Notes under the pieces: generated by a model | What the model was told of the DNA's origin: nothing | The model's database searches: none | What the model saw: only the letters and a program-made list of their open reading frames with translations | Shown: positions 50,868 through 61,029 of the stretch, piece by piece | Numbering within the stretch: the stretch's first letter is position 1 | How the letters are laid out: the number at the start of each line of letters is the position of its first letter | Origin: Octopus sinensis | Taxonomy: Eukaryota | Direction: 5' to 3' | Assembly (NCBI RefSeq): GCF_006345805.1 | Contig: NC_043009.1 | Coordinates: 53,010,001-53,074,000, forward strand | Length of the DNA: 64,000 nt | Position numbers and translations under genes: made by a program

Positions 50868-52020
50868 TGGAAGTGTTGCAAACACGGAGCGGGAGCTGCG
50901 CTTCAGTAACAGGTTGAGACAATGTCGCAGCTAATATGAACCAACTTGAAGTCAAGGAAGCACATGTCCACTTTGAAATAGTAAGAAGCAGCAAGAAATT
51001 AATCCAAAGAGAGAGGTCAAGATTAAAATTGACCCAGCCGGAAGATATAGCAAGAAATAAAAAGGAAAAAAATGGCGGTTTATAGAACCCTATAACGAAC
51101 AAGCAAGAAGATAGAAATGACTAGCGAGGAAGCAACAGAAAAGTGCTTGAAAGATATAAGAAGGAATATTGAATTTTACTGCAGGGGATGAAAGTTTTGG
51201 CACAGTGGAGGTGCGCTTCTCTACTGTGGAGGAGGTAGTAAAGTGCTCCACTGTAACATTGAAAACAGAAGAATGAGCACTCCTGCTAACATATCTCGGT
51301 AAACGAGTGGCGAGAGTGAGGATTGGCAGGGTGTCCTCTGAGATTAACGAGATGTGTCTGCTTGCAATTATCTTAATAAAAACAAAGAAGGATCCAGAAG
51401 TGCTACGGTTAAGCCGCACCAAACAACTGAACTGATGGGGATATGGCCTGGAAGTCATAATCCAGGCCACCTCACTGGACTTACAGGAAATTACCGAAGA
51501 GACAGAGTTACCAGAAGATGTGGAGCTGCGAGTGGTGGTGGAAGGAAGACCACTCACCTGCTACCGCTGCGGAAAGAAGGGCCACATAAAGGCGAATTGT
51601 TCCCTTCTTAACAACCAGGCACCAGCAGAGGAGATATAAAAAGAAAATAATACAGACTAGAAATTAAAGGAAAATACGGAAGAAGCAAATGTAGAGAGCA
51701 AAGATGGAGTAAAAGAAGTACAAAATAGAAAGAGGAAGAACATTCAAAAACCTTCACTCTGAAGAACGCAAAAAAGAAGAAGAAAAAGAAGGAAGTAACA
51801 TACAAACCACACACTGTATATCACATTACGGCAAACACACAAGAACATCCCAGACGGCCCAGAATCTCCAGTTAAGTATACACATGCATGCACAGACAGC
51901 ACAGCATCTCCAATCAAGTATACACAAGCACACACAGACGGCCCGGAATCTTCAGGTAGGCATACACAAGCAAACACAGACAGCACGGAGTCTCTAGTTG
52001 AATACACACAATCAGACATA
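50868..52020 (+). pseudogene. Second gag-like ORF1 relic with CCHC knuckle and 42-bp in-frame repeats
   Basis: FGTVEVRFSTVEEV, VVVEGRPLTCYRCGKKGHIKANC; four 42-bp units at 51851-52015. Confidence 0.75.
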
Positions 52021-52163
52021 CAAGCATTACAGAATAATTATAAACATAGGGCATATCTAACGGACTACTGGACGAGCGCTAAAATTGTCGGTAATAAGAA
52101 TTGCAGAGGAGGACAATATACTCGCACCAGGCATGGATTGTATATTAATAGACATAAAAAATT

Positions 52164-52546
52164 GGAGGCGCAATGGCCCAGTGGTTAGGGCAGCGGACTC
52201 GCGGTCATAGGATCGCGGTTTCGATTCCCAGACCGGGCGTTGTGAGTGTTTATTGAGCGAAAACACCTAAAAGCTCCACGAGGCTCCGGCAGGGGATGGT
52301 GGTGATCCCTGCTGTACTCTTTCACCACAACCTTCTCTCACTCTTACTTCCTGTTTCTGTTGTACCTGTATTTCAAGGGGCCGGCCTTGTCACTCTCTGT
52401 GTCACGCTGAATATCCCCGAGAACTACGTTAAGGGTGCACGTGTCTGTGGAGTGCTCAGCCACTTACATGTTAATTTCACGAGCAGGCTGTTCCGTTGAT
52501 TCGGATCAACCGTAACCCTGATCGTCGTAACCGACGGAGTGCTTCC
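52164..52546 (+). mobile_element. Full-length young tRNA-derived SINE with 14-bp TSD
   Basis: A box TGGCCCAGTGG, B box GGTTTCGATTCC; TSD AGACATAAAAAATT at 52150-52163 and 52547-52560. Confidence 0.95.
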
Positions 52547-52724
52547 AGACATAAAAAATTACGAAAAATTAAAGGCAAGCTTTGATGATGATTTTAACCT
52601 ACTAGGACGGGAGGTAAGGTATGATTATCAGCCAACTGTGATGGAATTTGAACAATTGACACCATACTTTACATATTAAGATAAATTAATTTGATAAATG
52701 TTGGTATAAAAAAAATAGAAAAAA

Positions 52725-53030
52725 TATAGTTATATATATTTTTTTATTACCTACAAGGGGCTAAACATAGAGGGGACAAATAAGGACAGACAAACGGATT
52801 AAGTCGATTACATCGACCCAGTGCGTAACTGGTACTTAATTTATCGACCCCGAAAGGATGAAAGGCAAAGTCAACCTCGGCGGAATTTGAACTCAGAACG
52901 TAACGGCGATCGAAAAACCTATTTCTTTACTACCCACAAGGGGCTAAAAACAGAAGGGACAAACAAGGAAAGACAAACGGATTAAGTCGATTATATCGAC
53001 CCCAGTGCGTAACTGGTACTTGATTTAACC
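52725..53030 (-). mobile_element. SINE with Nin-like domain, partly duplicated
   Basis: ctgagttcaaattccgccgaggttgactttgcctttcatcctttcggggtcgataaattaagtaccag; 3' part repeated at ~52930-53030. Confidence 0.75.
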
Positions 53031-53059
53031 TCTGCTGCGTAATTTATATATTCAATGTG

Positions 53060-54155
53060 TGTCAAGGATATAAAAGTGGCGACAAGATATTCGAAGTTTG
53101 TGTCGGACGTTTAGATTCTTTTTTGGTACGAAAGCAAAGAAAAAAACCCATTAACATGGAAGATTGGTTGGCACGCGGGGTGCAGATGCAACAACAACAA
53201 CAACACCAGCAGTTACAACAGCTACAACGACAGCAACAACAACAATATCAACAGTTACTGAAAATAATGCTTAAGAAGTCTAAAAATACTTCAGGTTCGT
53301 TCTTGTCAGACAGCGTAGCAAATTCAATTGGAGAATTTATTTATAACCCAGTATAAGGTACTACTTTTTCTATATATTTTAGAAGATGCGAAGAAATATT
53401 TAAAGAAGAATGTAAAAAACTGGAACGACGAGAAGAAGGTTCGACTAGTTTTAAGAAAGTTATCCCCTGCCGAACAAGAAAAATACTGTAACCAAGTGAG
53501 ATTCGTTTCGATGAAACAGTTAATTTGTTATCGAGAATTTTCAGTGAATGAAGTTCCCTGTTCAATACTCGTTGGCAATATTTAAATTTACCGTAAATCC
53601 TCGAGTATAGTCCGCCCTTGAGTATAATACGCAGGGGATTTTTAAGGGGCTGTACCTCTGAAAAGCCTAAACCTTGTGTATAATACCCCTTCTCTAACTT
53701 GAGTCAAAGAGGTCTATCTAACGTCCTTGGTTTGTAAAACTGTATACGGTAACGTCCTTTATTATTATTGTATATATAACATAATACAAACATGTAGCAT
53801 TTTTGTGCATTTTGTTTGCAGAAAATAAAGAAATAACAGTAATAAAGTTTAATAAATGTTGCTCACTGCAATTTAAGGAGGATTCTTTTATGACTTCATT
53901 GCTTTCAGGTTTAGCTTAAGGTATTTTCACGCCCGACATCACAAAATGCGTCTGAATAAACATAGCCAGACAGCAAATAGAGACTCGGACATTGCTTAGA
54001 AAATAACTTTTATTTTTAACCTCGTATATAGTACGCACTAAGGATTTTGACATTTAAATTTTGGGGAAAACTGCGGATTATACACGAGGATTTACGGTAG
54101 TTAAAAAAGATGAAGATTTCGTCACCTATGCTGGGGTCATTAATAGAGAGTGTTT
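53060..54155 (+). pseudogene. Ty3/Gypsy gag relic interrupted by a MITE
   Basis: FSIYFRRCEEIFKEECKNWNDEKKVRLVLRKLSPAEQEKY; resumes after the MITE as KKDEDFVTYAGVINREC. Confidence 0.75.
53591..54097. mobile_element. pogo/Tigger-like MITE with TA TSD
   Basis: TA-CCGTAAATCCTCGAGTATAGTCCGC … GCGGATTATACACGAGGATTTACGG-TA. Confidence 0.9.
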
Positions 54156-54852
54156 TGGTAGTGTTTTGGTATATATATAAGTACAAACACACACACAGAT
54201 GAACATAAACACACATACACTTGTATCATTGCATATATAATCATACGTGTATATATAGAAAAAAAGGGGAAGGGAGAATTAAGTAGATGAAGAATGAAGT
54301 AATAAAATTTTTGATGATCATTTTAGGAAGAGAGAGAGAGAGAGAGAAAGAGAAAGAGAGGAAGAAGATAGATTGATAGAGACATACATGCATACACATC
54401 TACATATGTTGAGGCATACACTTCCAGAAAAGCTTTCGTCAACACTATACGCTATACATTATCGTTAATTGCCTTGATACGAAGTTTTACTGTGAATTGG
54501 GAAATTGTAAATTTTATGTTCACGACTTGTTTTTTCACTTATTATTTTAACGTTATGCCAAGTAAAACGACTAACCTGTCAAACCGGGTCTTTATTAACC
54601 AGAAATGAAAAGGAAATCGCCCTTTTCTTCTCATATAAATCGTCATACACAACGTTAAATTTTGTTTGAATGAACGTCATAATTGTCGTCACATTTCTAC
54701 AGTAAGCATTACAATATGGCTTAGGTTTTCGCCTCTATCAGACCTTTGTATACATCAGTTTTAAGGTCTCACCAGTATTGCATCACCTGTTTTTGATTAC
54801 TGCATGTCTCCTTGTGATGGCCTCTTTCCAGTGAATTTGGAAGAGAACACAC

Positions 54853-55299
54853 GGATCATTTTGGTTTGAACGGCAGTTTTTAACACAATTTGTAGGTAAC
54901 TAAAAAATGTTAAACTTCGTATACTGGTAGAATGTGTTTATAAAACATCTTTTTCTCTTGGCTTTATTGAGAAAATTCTATAATTTGTAAGATATTTGTT
55001 GTTTTTTTCTCTTCAATTTCTGCAATTTCAACCAATCATTGACGTCTATTAAGGTAAAAAAAAATTCTGTGCCGTATGAATATGTCCCTTGTTTAAGAAA
55101 CAGATTGGGTTTATTTACATTTGTGAAGAAAAAAAAGATACCCTTCCCCCCACCCCTAACCATAACCTTAACCCTAATCCTAACTAACCCTAACCCTAAA
55201 ACAGATTGAAATGCAATAGATCGATACTAGGGTCATAATTATGGGTGACAATTTCATATGACACCGCTAGAAAAACTGCCGTGCAAACCGAAAAGATCC
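54853..55299. mobile_element. Second copy (opposite orientation) of the TTAGGG-containing MITE
   Basis: TSD GAACACAC at 54845-54852 and 55300-55307; internal ccctaa repeats. Confidence 0.85.
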
Positions 55300-55559
55300 G
55301 AACACACTTTTATTATTATTAACACAGTAAATTATTATCACCTATTATTAATACGGTAAATCCGGGATTAATTTGTAATATTCTGTCGGGAAAAAAATAC
55401 AGTGTTATTGTTTTGCATGCAAGAATGGAAATGAGAAGATAACTGTGACGTAGGAGTGATGTAGAAGGGTGGAAGAATGTATACCAGGTGAGTTGAGAAG
55501 GTGCGGCCACAAACAACACGGTCTGAAAGTTGAAAACAATTACATAAAAGTAAGAGGAG

Positions 55560-56215
55560 TGAGAAGGTATGAGGAGGAGGAGGAGGAGGCTAAGAAGAGG
55601 AAATAATTGAGAGGAGGAAGAGGGTAAAGGGAGGAGTAACGGATTAAGGATCTTGTCACTTCTTCACTTCTCATCTGAAATATTTTTTATATAATTAATG
55701 CGATTTCTATATATATAATCTGTTTCGATAATCGGTTTCGTATAAGGAGGAGGAGAGTAAGAAGAGGAAGTGGGTAGACGGGGGATAGGTTAAGGGGAGG
55801 GAGAGGTTAAGAAGAGGGAGAGAATAAGAGGAGATTTAACGGATTAAGCTTCTATTCCTCACTCCGCTTCAGTTACGTGAAAAGTTTTATACATAATCTC
55901 AACCGTTGCGATTTTTATACATATTCTGTTTCATAATCGGTTTCAAATGAGGAGGGAGAGAGTAAGAGAAAGGAGAGGGTAAAGGGAGGAGGATTAATGG
56001 ATTAAGCATCTAGTCACTTCTTCACTTCTCAGCTGAAATATTTTTTACATAATCAATGCGATTTCTATATATAATCTGTTTCATAATCGGTTTCGTATAA
56101 GGAGGAGGAGAGTAAGAAGAGGATGTGGGTAGGAGGGGGGATAGGTTAAGGTGGAGGGAGAGGTTAAGAGGAGGATTAACGGATTAAGCACATATTCTCT
56201 CACTTCATTTCTCTT
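55560..56215. repeat. Tandem repeat of ~360-bp A/B dimer with GA-rich spacers
   Basis: ggattaag and ctgtttc(g)ataatcggtttc blocks recur 3-4 times; 55640-55800 nearly matches 56000-56160. Confidence 0.8.
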
Positions 56216-56602
56216 GTCTTAAAATTTTAATACTCAATCTCCTGGATTTTTGGAACGATGGTGCGGTTACATTCTAGCCTTAGCCACCGGCTTCTGGGTA
56301 GACACACACCAGGTGGGAAGCTTAATGTGAATTCAGATCGATTCATTGACACCGCTCTTGCTTTATTTGCATCCGTAAATTAGCGTTTCAGTAAAAGAAA
56401 CAGACAGAATAAGTACCGCGCTTACCCCTCCCCCCCAAAAAGTACTAGGTTCCATTTGTTCGACTAAATCCATCAAGTCAGTACCTCAGCATGGTTGCTG
56501 TCCAATGACTGAAATGAGTAAAAAATAAACGATGGAATAATGTATTCTATGCACTCGCAAACGTATCTCTACATTTCATTAACAATATATATATGATATA
56601 TA

Positions 56603-56812
56603 TGATAGATCGTTAGCTACTACACACTTCTTTTCTCCCCTTTTTTCTCTCCTTGTTTCTCTCCTTGTTTTTTTTCTGTGTACCTTTCTGTAGAAGAGCG
56701 TAGGCTCGAAACGTAAAATACTTTTTCTATTCCTGAGCGCTATACTAATACATCTGTTTGTTTGTACACCACCTGCCTTCCTCTTTTGTTTATTTTCGTA
56801 AACTTTCCCTTT
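56603..56812 (+). mobile_element. Solo PLE-type tail (copy of 23090-23283) with HHR-like motif 56684-56719
   Basis: CTGTAGA-A-GAGCgtagGCTC-GAAACGTA; flanked by (AT)n. Confidence 0.6.
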
Positions 56813-56829
56813 ATATATATATATATATT

Positions 56830-57034
56830 TAACAATTCATGATGTGTTCAGAATCAGTTCTGCTGAGGATCATAAGACGTAAGTTAAATGTGAAATCACG
56901 GTGATACAGAACTAAATTCATTTTTTAAATATCTTGCTTTGAAGAACTGCATTTAGGTATGATTAGTGTAATTTTGGTAGTAATTACTTTGTCCCCCTTA
57001 GTGTGAGGCATTTATGTGTATTAATGCCCTCTAT

Positions 57035-57045
<11 letters not shown>
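56830..57045 (+). mobile_element. Retrozyme-like element, subfamily C (partial unit)
   Basis: 3' part is the reverse-complement homologue of the GAGGG end of groups A and B; ends ccctctatac at (AT)n; carries an HHR. Confidence 0.75.
56856..56913 (+). ncRNA. Type I hammerhead ribozyme (subfamily C)
   Basis: AGTTCTG-CTGAGGA-tCATaaGACgtaaGTTaaATGt-GAA-ATCACgGTGAT-A-CAGAACT; 7-bp stem I; AUA triplet, cut after 56906. Confidence 0.8.
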
Positions 57046-57107
<62 letters not shown>

Positions 57108-57204
57108 AAATATTATTCGAGACAAAACCACTATTTTGCAAAACAAACAAGGAAAGACTTAATCAATACATAAATTTTAATAAATAGTCAAAAAAACCGC
57201 CACT

Positions 57205-57264
<60 letters not shown>

Positions 57265-57269
57265 ATATA

Positions 57270-57908
57270 GAGGGCATTATACATACATGCCAGAGGGCAT
57301 TATACATACATGCCACACGCTAAGAGGGACAATTAGTCATTTCTACCAAAAATATTACTAATCCCACCGAATGCAATTTTTCAAAGTAAGACATTTAAAA
57401 AATATAGACCTGTATCACAGTGATTTCATACTTACGTATTCATCAGCAGGCCTGAATGTATCATAAATAAACGACCCTGCCCCGCTTAAGCCGATCAGCT
57501 AACTGATCAACATCAACGAAGCACATGGGTGAGTTTACATATATTACATCCTGTAAATGGCATACTTTTACGAATTGCATTTCGGGAAAGGAAAAGTTTT
57601 TTCGGAATAAAAATTTAGCAATTAAGGACAACTACTTAATAAGGAAAACTTAACAAGAATTGTCAGGTAGATAGCGTGAAAACCTCATAAGAGAATAAAT
57701 TTCGAAAATAATTATTTCTTATTGAACATATTAATTTATATATAGAGGGCATTATACATACATGCCAGAGGGCATTATACATACATGCCACACGCTAAGA
57801 GGGACAATTAGTCATTTCTACCAAAATTTATTCTCTTATGAGGTTTTCACGCTATCTACCTGACAATTTCTTGTTAAGTTTTCCTTATTAAGTAGTTGTC
57901 CTTAATTG
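57270..57908 (-). mobile_element. Retrozyme-like element, subfamily B: 475-bp unit, partial tandem copy and short inverted segment
   Basis: gagggcattatac at 57270 and 57745; 57826-57908 is the inverse of ~57620-57700; conserved blocks shared with group A. Confidence 0.8.
57407..57452 (-). ncRNA. Type I hammerhead ribozyme (subfamily B), all core nucleotides intact
   Basis: GGCCTG-CTGATGA-ATACgtaaGTAT-GAA-ATCACtGTGAT-A-CAGGTC; GNRA loop on stem II; cut between 57413 and 57412. Confidence 0.9.
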
Positions 57909-57914
57909 TGATAC

Positions 57915-60330
57915 ATTATTTACATTCGACGGAAAATTGTCCTCATCTTGTTTGTTGTTAACACAACGTTTCGGCTTCTTCAGGTGTTTTGGAGAAATTT
58001 CGTACCTGGGTTCTCATTCCTAAGGTTTTTTCGATGTTATTCTTATTGTTCAGGTCACTGTTTGGAATCTAACTCGGAATCTTGGGGTTAGTAGCCCGCG
58101 CTCTTATCCACTGCGCCATATGCCCGTGGGTAATTATGGAGTGAATTTTAGGGCTTATAAATCTAATATTTTCCCATCTGCTGCTCATATCTGCACTCAG
58201 TCTGCTTAGGAGATTGTTGTGTCCTAGCATATGTGCTGCTTCTTTTAGTTTTTGTATTTCCCCCTGGTGTTCTCTGTCTATTATTTTAACTTCATCCCAC
58301 AGGGGGAGGTGGTCTCCATTTTTCCATACATGATCAGCTATACCCGATTTGTAAATATCTACTGGTGTCACAGCTTTGTGATGTTCGTCTACTCTTATTT
58401 TGAGAGGGCGGCATGTTTCGCCTTTGTATAACCTGCCACAGCTACATGGGATGGGTACACGCAGTTTTTGGTCATATTCTCTTCTAATGGTGGTTTTACT
58501 CGAAGGAGATATTTGCAAAGTGTTGTATTACTCTTGAATACTGTCCTGATGTCATGTGGGCCGCATATATTTCGTATCTTTTCGGAGAGGCCTTTCACAT
58601 AGGGTAGACAGACTATGGACAGTGTATTGGCATCATCCTCTCTCTTCTTCATAATTGGAGTGGATAGTATACTTTTGGGGTAGTTGTTGCTTAACAGATT
58701 GTTATTGAGCTTGATCATTTCTTCGTGGTGTATATCACGATTGCTACTTATATTCTTTGCACGATGTTTTAGGCACTGAGCAATCCCTCTCTTTACACTA
58801 TATGGATAGTGGGAATTGAATTTGAGGTATCGTCCAGTAAAGGTCGGCTTGCGGTATACGGATGTCCTGAATCCATACTTGGTGTGTGTTATTAATACGT
58901 TCAGGAATGCCAGCTGATTGTCTGTTTCCTTTTCCATTGTGAACTGTATGGATGGCTTTATTGAGTTCACATGATTTAACAGCACTTGGACATCTTCCTG
59001 GTAGGGCCATAGTATAAATGTGTCATCAACATATCGTAGCCGTAGTGTTGGTTTTAGTGGTGTTGGGGCTAAAGCCAAATTATCAAAGTATTCCATGTAT
59101 ATATTGGCTATTACCGATGATAATGGCGAACCCATAGCTAAACCCTCTTGTTATCGATATATATCAGTGTCCATACTGAAGTAGGTAGTTTCTACACAGA
59201 AGGTCAACATTTCCATCAAGTTTCTTTTTGGTATACTAGTGCGTTCTTTTAGATGGGCGTCTGTCACTAGTTTTTCTTGTATCACCGATAGTGCTTCACC
59301 AATTGGGACTTTGGTGAACATGCTTATCACATCTAGACTCACCATCTGGTTGGATTCAATGGGGGTATCCTTGATCAATTCTGTGAAGTGGGTGGAATTC
59401 TTCACGTACGATGTTGACTTTCCTGCTAATGGACTGATTATATCCAGAAGGAAACGGCTCAGTGGATGACATGCTGAACCTCTACAGCTCACTATAGGTC
59501 TTAATGGAATACCATCCTTGTGAATCTTAGGGAGACCGTACATGTGTGGTAGTTTACTGTGGTGTTGAGTCAATTGTGTAAAGTGATCCTTGTTCTTGAT
59601 GTGTTACAACTTTCTCTCTGTAGCTACCATCACTTTTAAGACTTTTAAGACTTTTTTTAAGAATTTTTCCGAGTAATCAGACTTGTTCATCACCACTGCA
59701 GCATTTCTCTTGTCTGCTGTAAGTATTATGTTGGAATTGTCACTCTGTAGTCTTTTGATAGCGAACTTTTCTTCCTTAGTGATGTTTGGTTTAGGAAGTT
59801 TTGCTTTTTCTAGTACCTGTCTCACATTCCACCTTAGTTCATCTCCCTGAGCTTTTGGTATCTTTATGGCTATCTCTTCAATAGGGACTATTATATCCAA
59901 GTATGGAATACGCTTGATGGTTGTCGCAAATTTGAGACCTTTGTTCAGTACTGCTTCTTCAGAGCTTTCTAGATGTCGGCTACTTACATTAATTACTGCT
60001 TTCACAGGTGGGTGACGGATTTCAGTCTTCATTCTCTGACCTTTGAGTTTCATCAACTTCTTAATCTGGCGTGTCTTCACCATTTCAAATTCTTTCATGT
60101 ACGACTTTTCCAGATCTTGTTGGATTCTCTTTCTATCATCATCTCTGGTTATTTTCCTAAATAATGAAGATAAACTCTCTTTGATTTCGTTATTTAGTTG
60201 ATATTTTTTCCAACAGTTGTAATGGATCCTCTCACGGACGAGGGCATGTCCCGCCTTTTCCACACAGTATATAGCCACAACACACCGTAGGTAATCCCAA
60301 ACAAGCCTACTTACCTCCATTTTCACTTTT
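57915..60330 (-). pseudogene. Near full-length Penelope-like element (Penelope/Poseidon type), frameshifted
   Basis: VINVS…VLNKGLKFA, ADK…VVMNKSDY, YGLPKIHKDGIPLRPIVS, SLDVISMFT, MGSPLS, RYVDD, YRKPT, IPCSCGRLYKGETCRPLKIRVDEH; tail motif 57960-57988. Confidence 0.93.
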
Positions 60331-60607
60331 AATCTTTAACTTAGCCCCCATCTTATTTTCAGGATCACAATCATTTAATACTACATATATAAACATACTA
60401 GCGGATACATGTATGTGTGTATAAATGTGTGTACAGGTATTTTATGTATGCATGTATTTGTATGTGGGTATATGTAAATACATATATATGTGTGTATGTG
60501 TGTGTGTGTGTATGTGTATATACACATATATATGTCGTATGTATGTATGTGTGCGTGCATTTGTATATACAATTATATATGAATGAGTGTGTACATACAT
60601 ACATACA

Positions 60608-60684
<77 letters not shown>

Positions 60685-60744
60685 TATATATTATATATGT
60701 ATGTACGTATGTATGTATGTATGCATGTATAAATATATATACAT

Positions 60745-60909
60745 AGGCCTAGAAATGGCTGAGTGTTAAGTAGCTTGCTTACGAACCACATGGTTCCGGG
60801 TTCAGTCCCACTGCGTGGCACCTTGGGCAAGTGTCTTCTACTATAGCTCGGTCCGACCAAAGCCTTGTGAGTTGATTTGGTAGACAGAAACTGAAAGACG
60901 GCCGTCGTA

Positions 60910-60910
<1 letters not shown>
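60745..60910 (+). mobile_element. SINE 5' half (continues at 63180-63385)
   Basis: tRNA-like head atggctgagtgttaag…ggttcagtccc, ends gtcgtatat(AT)n. Confidence 0.85.
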
Positions 60911-60987
<77 letters not shown>

Positions 60988-61029
60988 ATATTATAGGATT
61001 AGCTCGTATACGAGTAGGTATTATTTGTA

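Noticed and set aside
52164-52235. tRNA gene
   Set aside because: tRNA-like head continues into a SINE body with TSDs; the same applies to heads at 23387, 44700 and 60750
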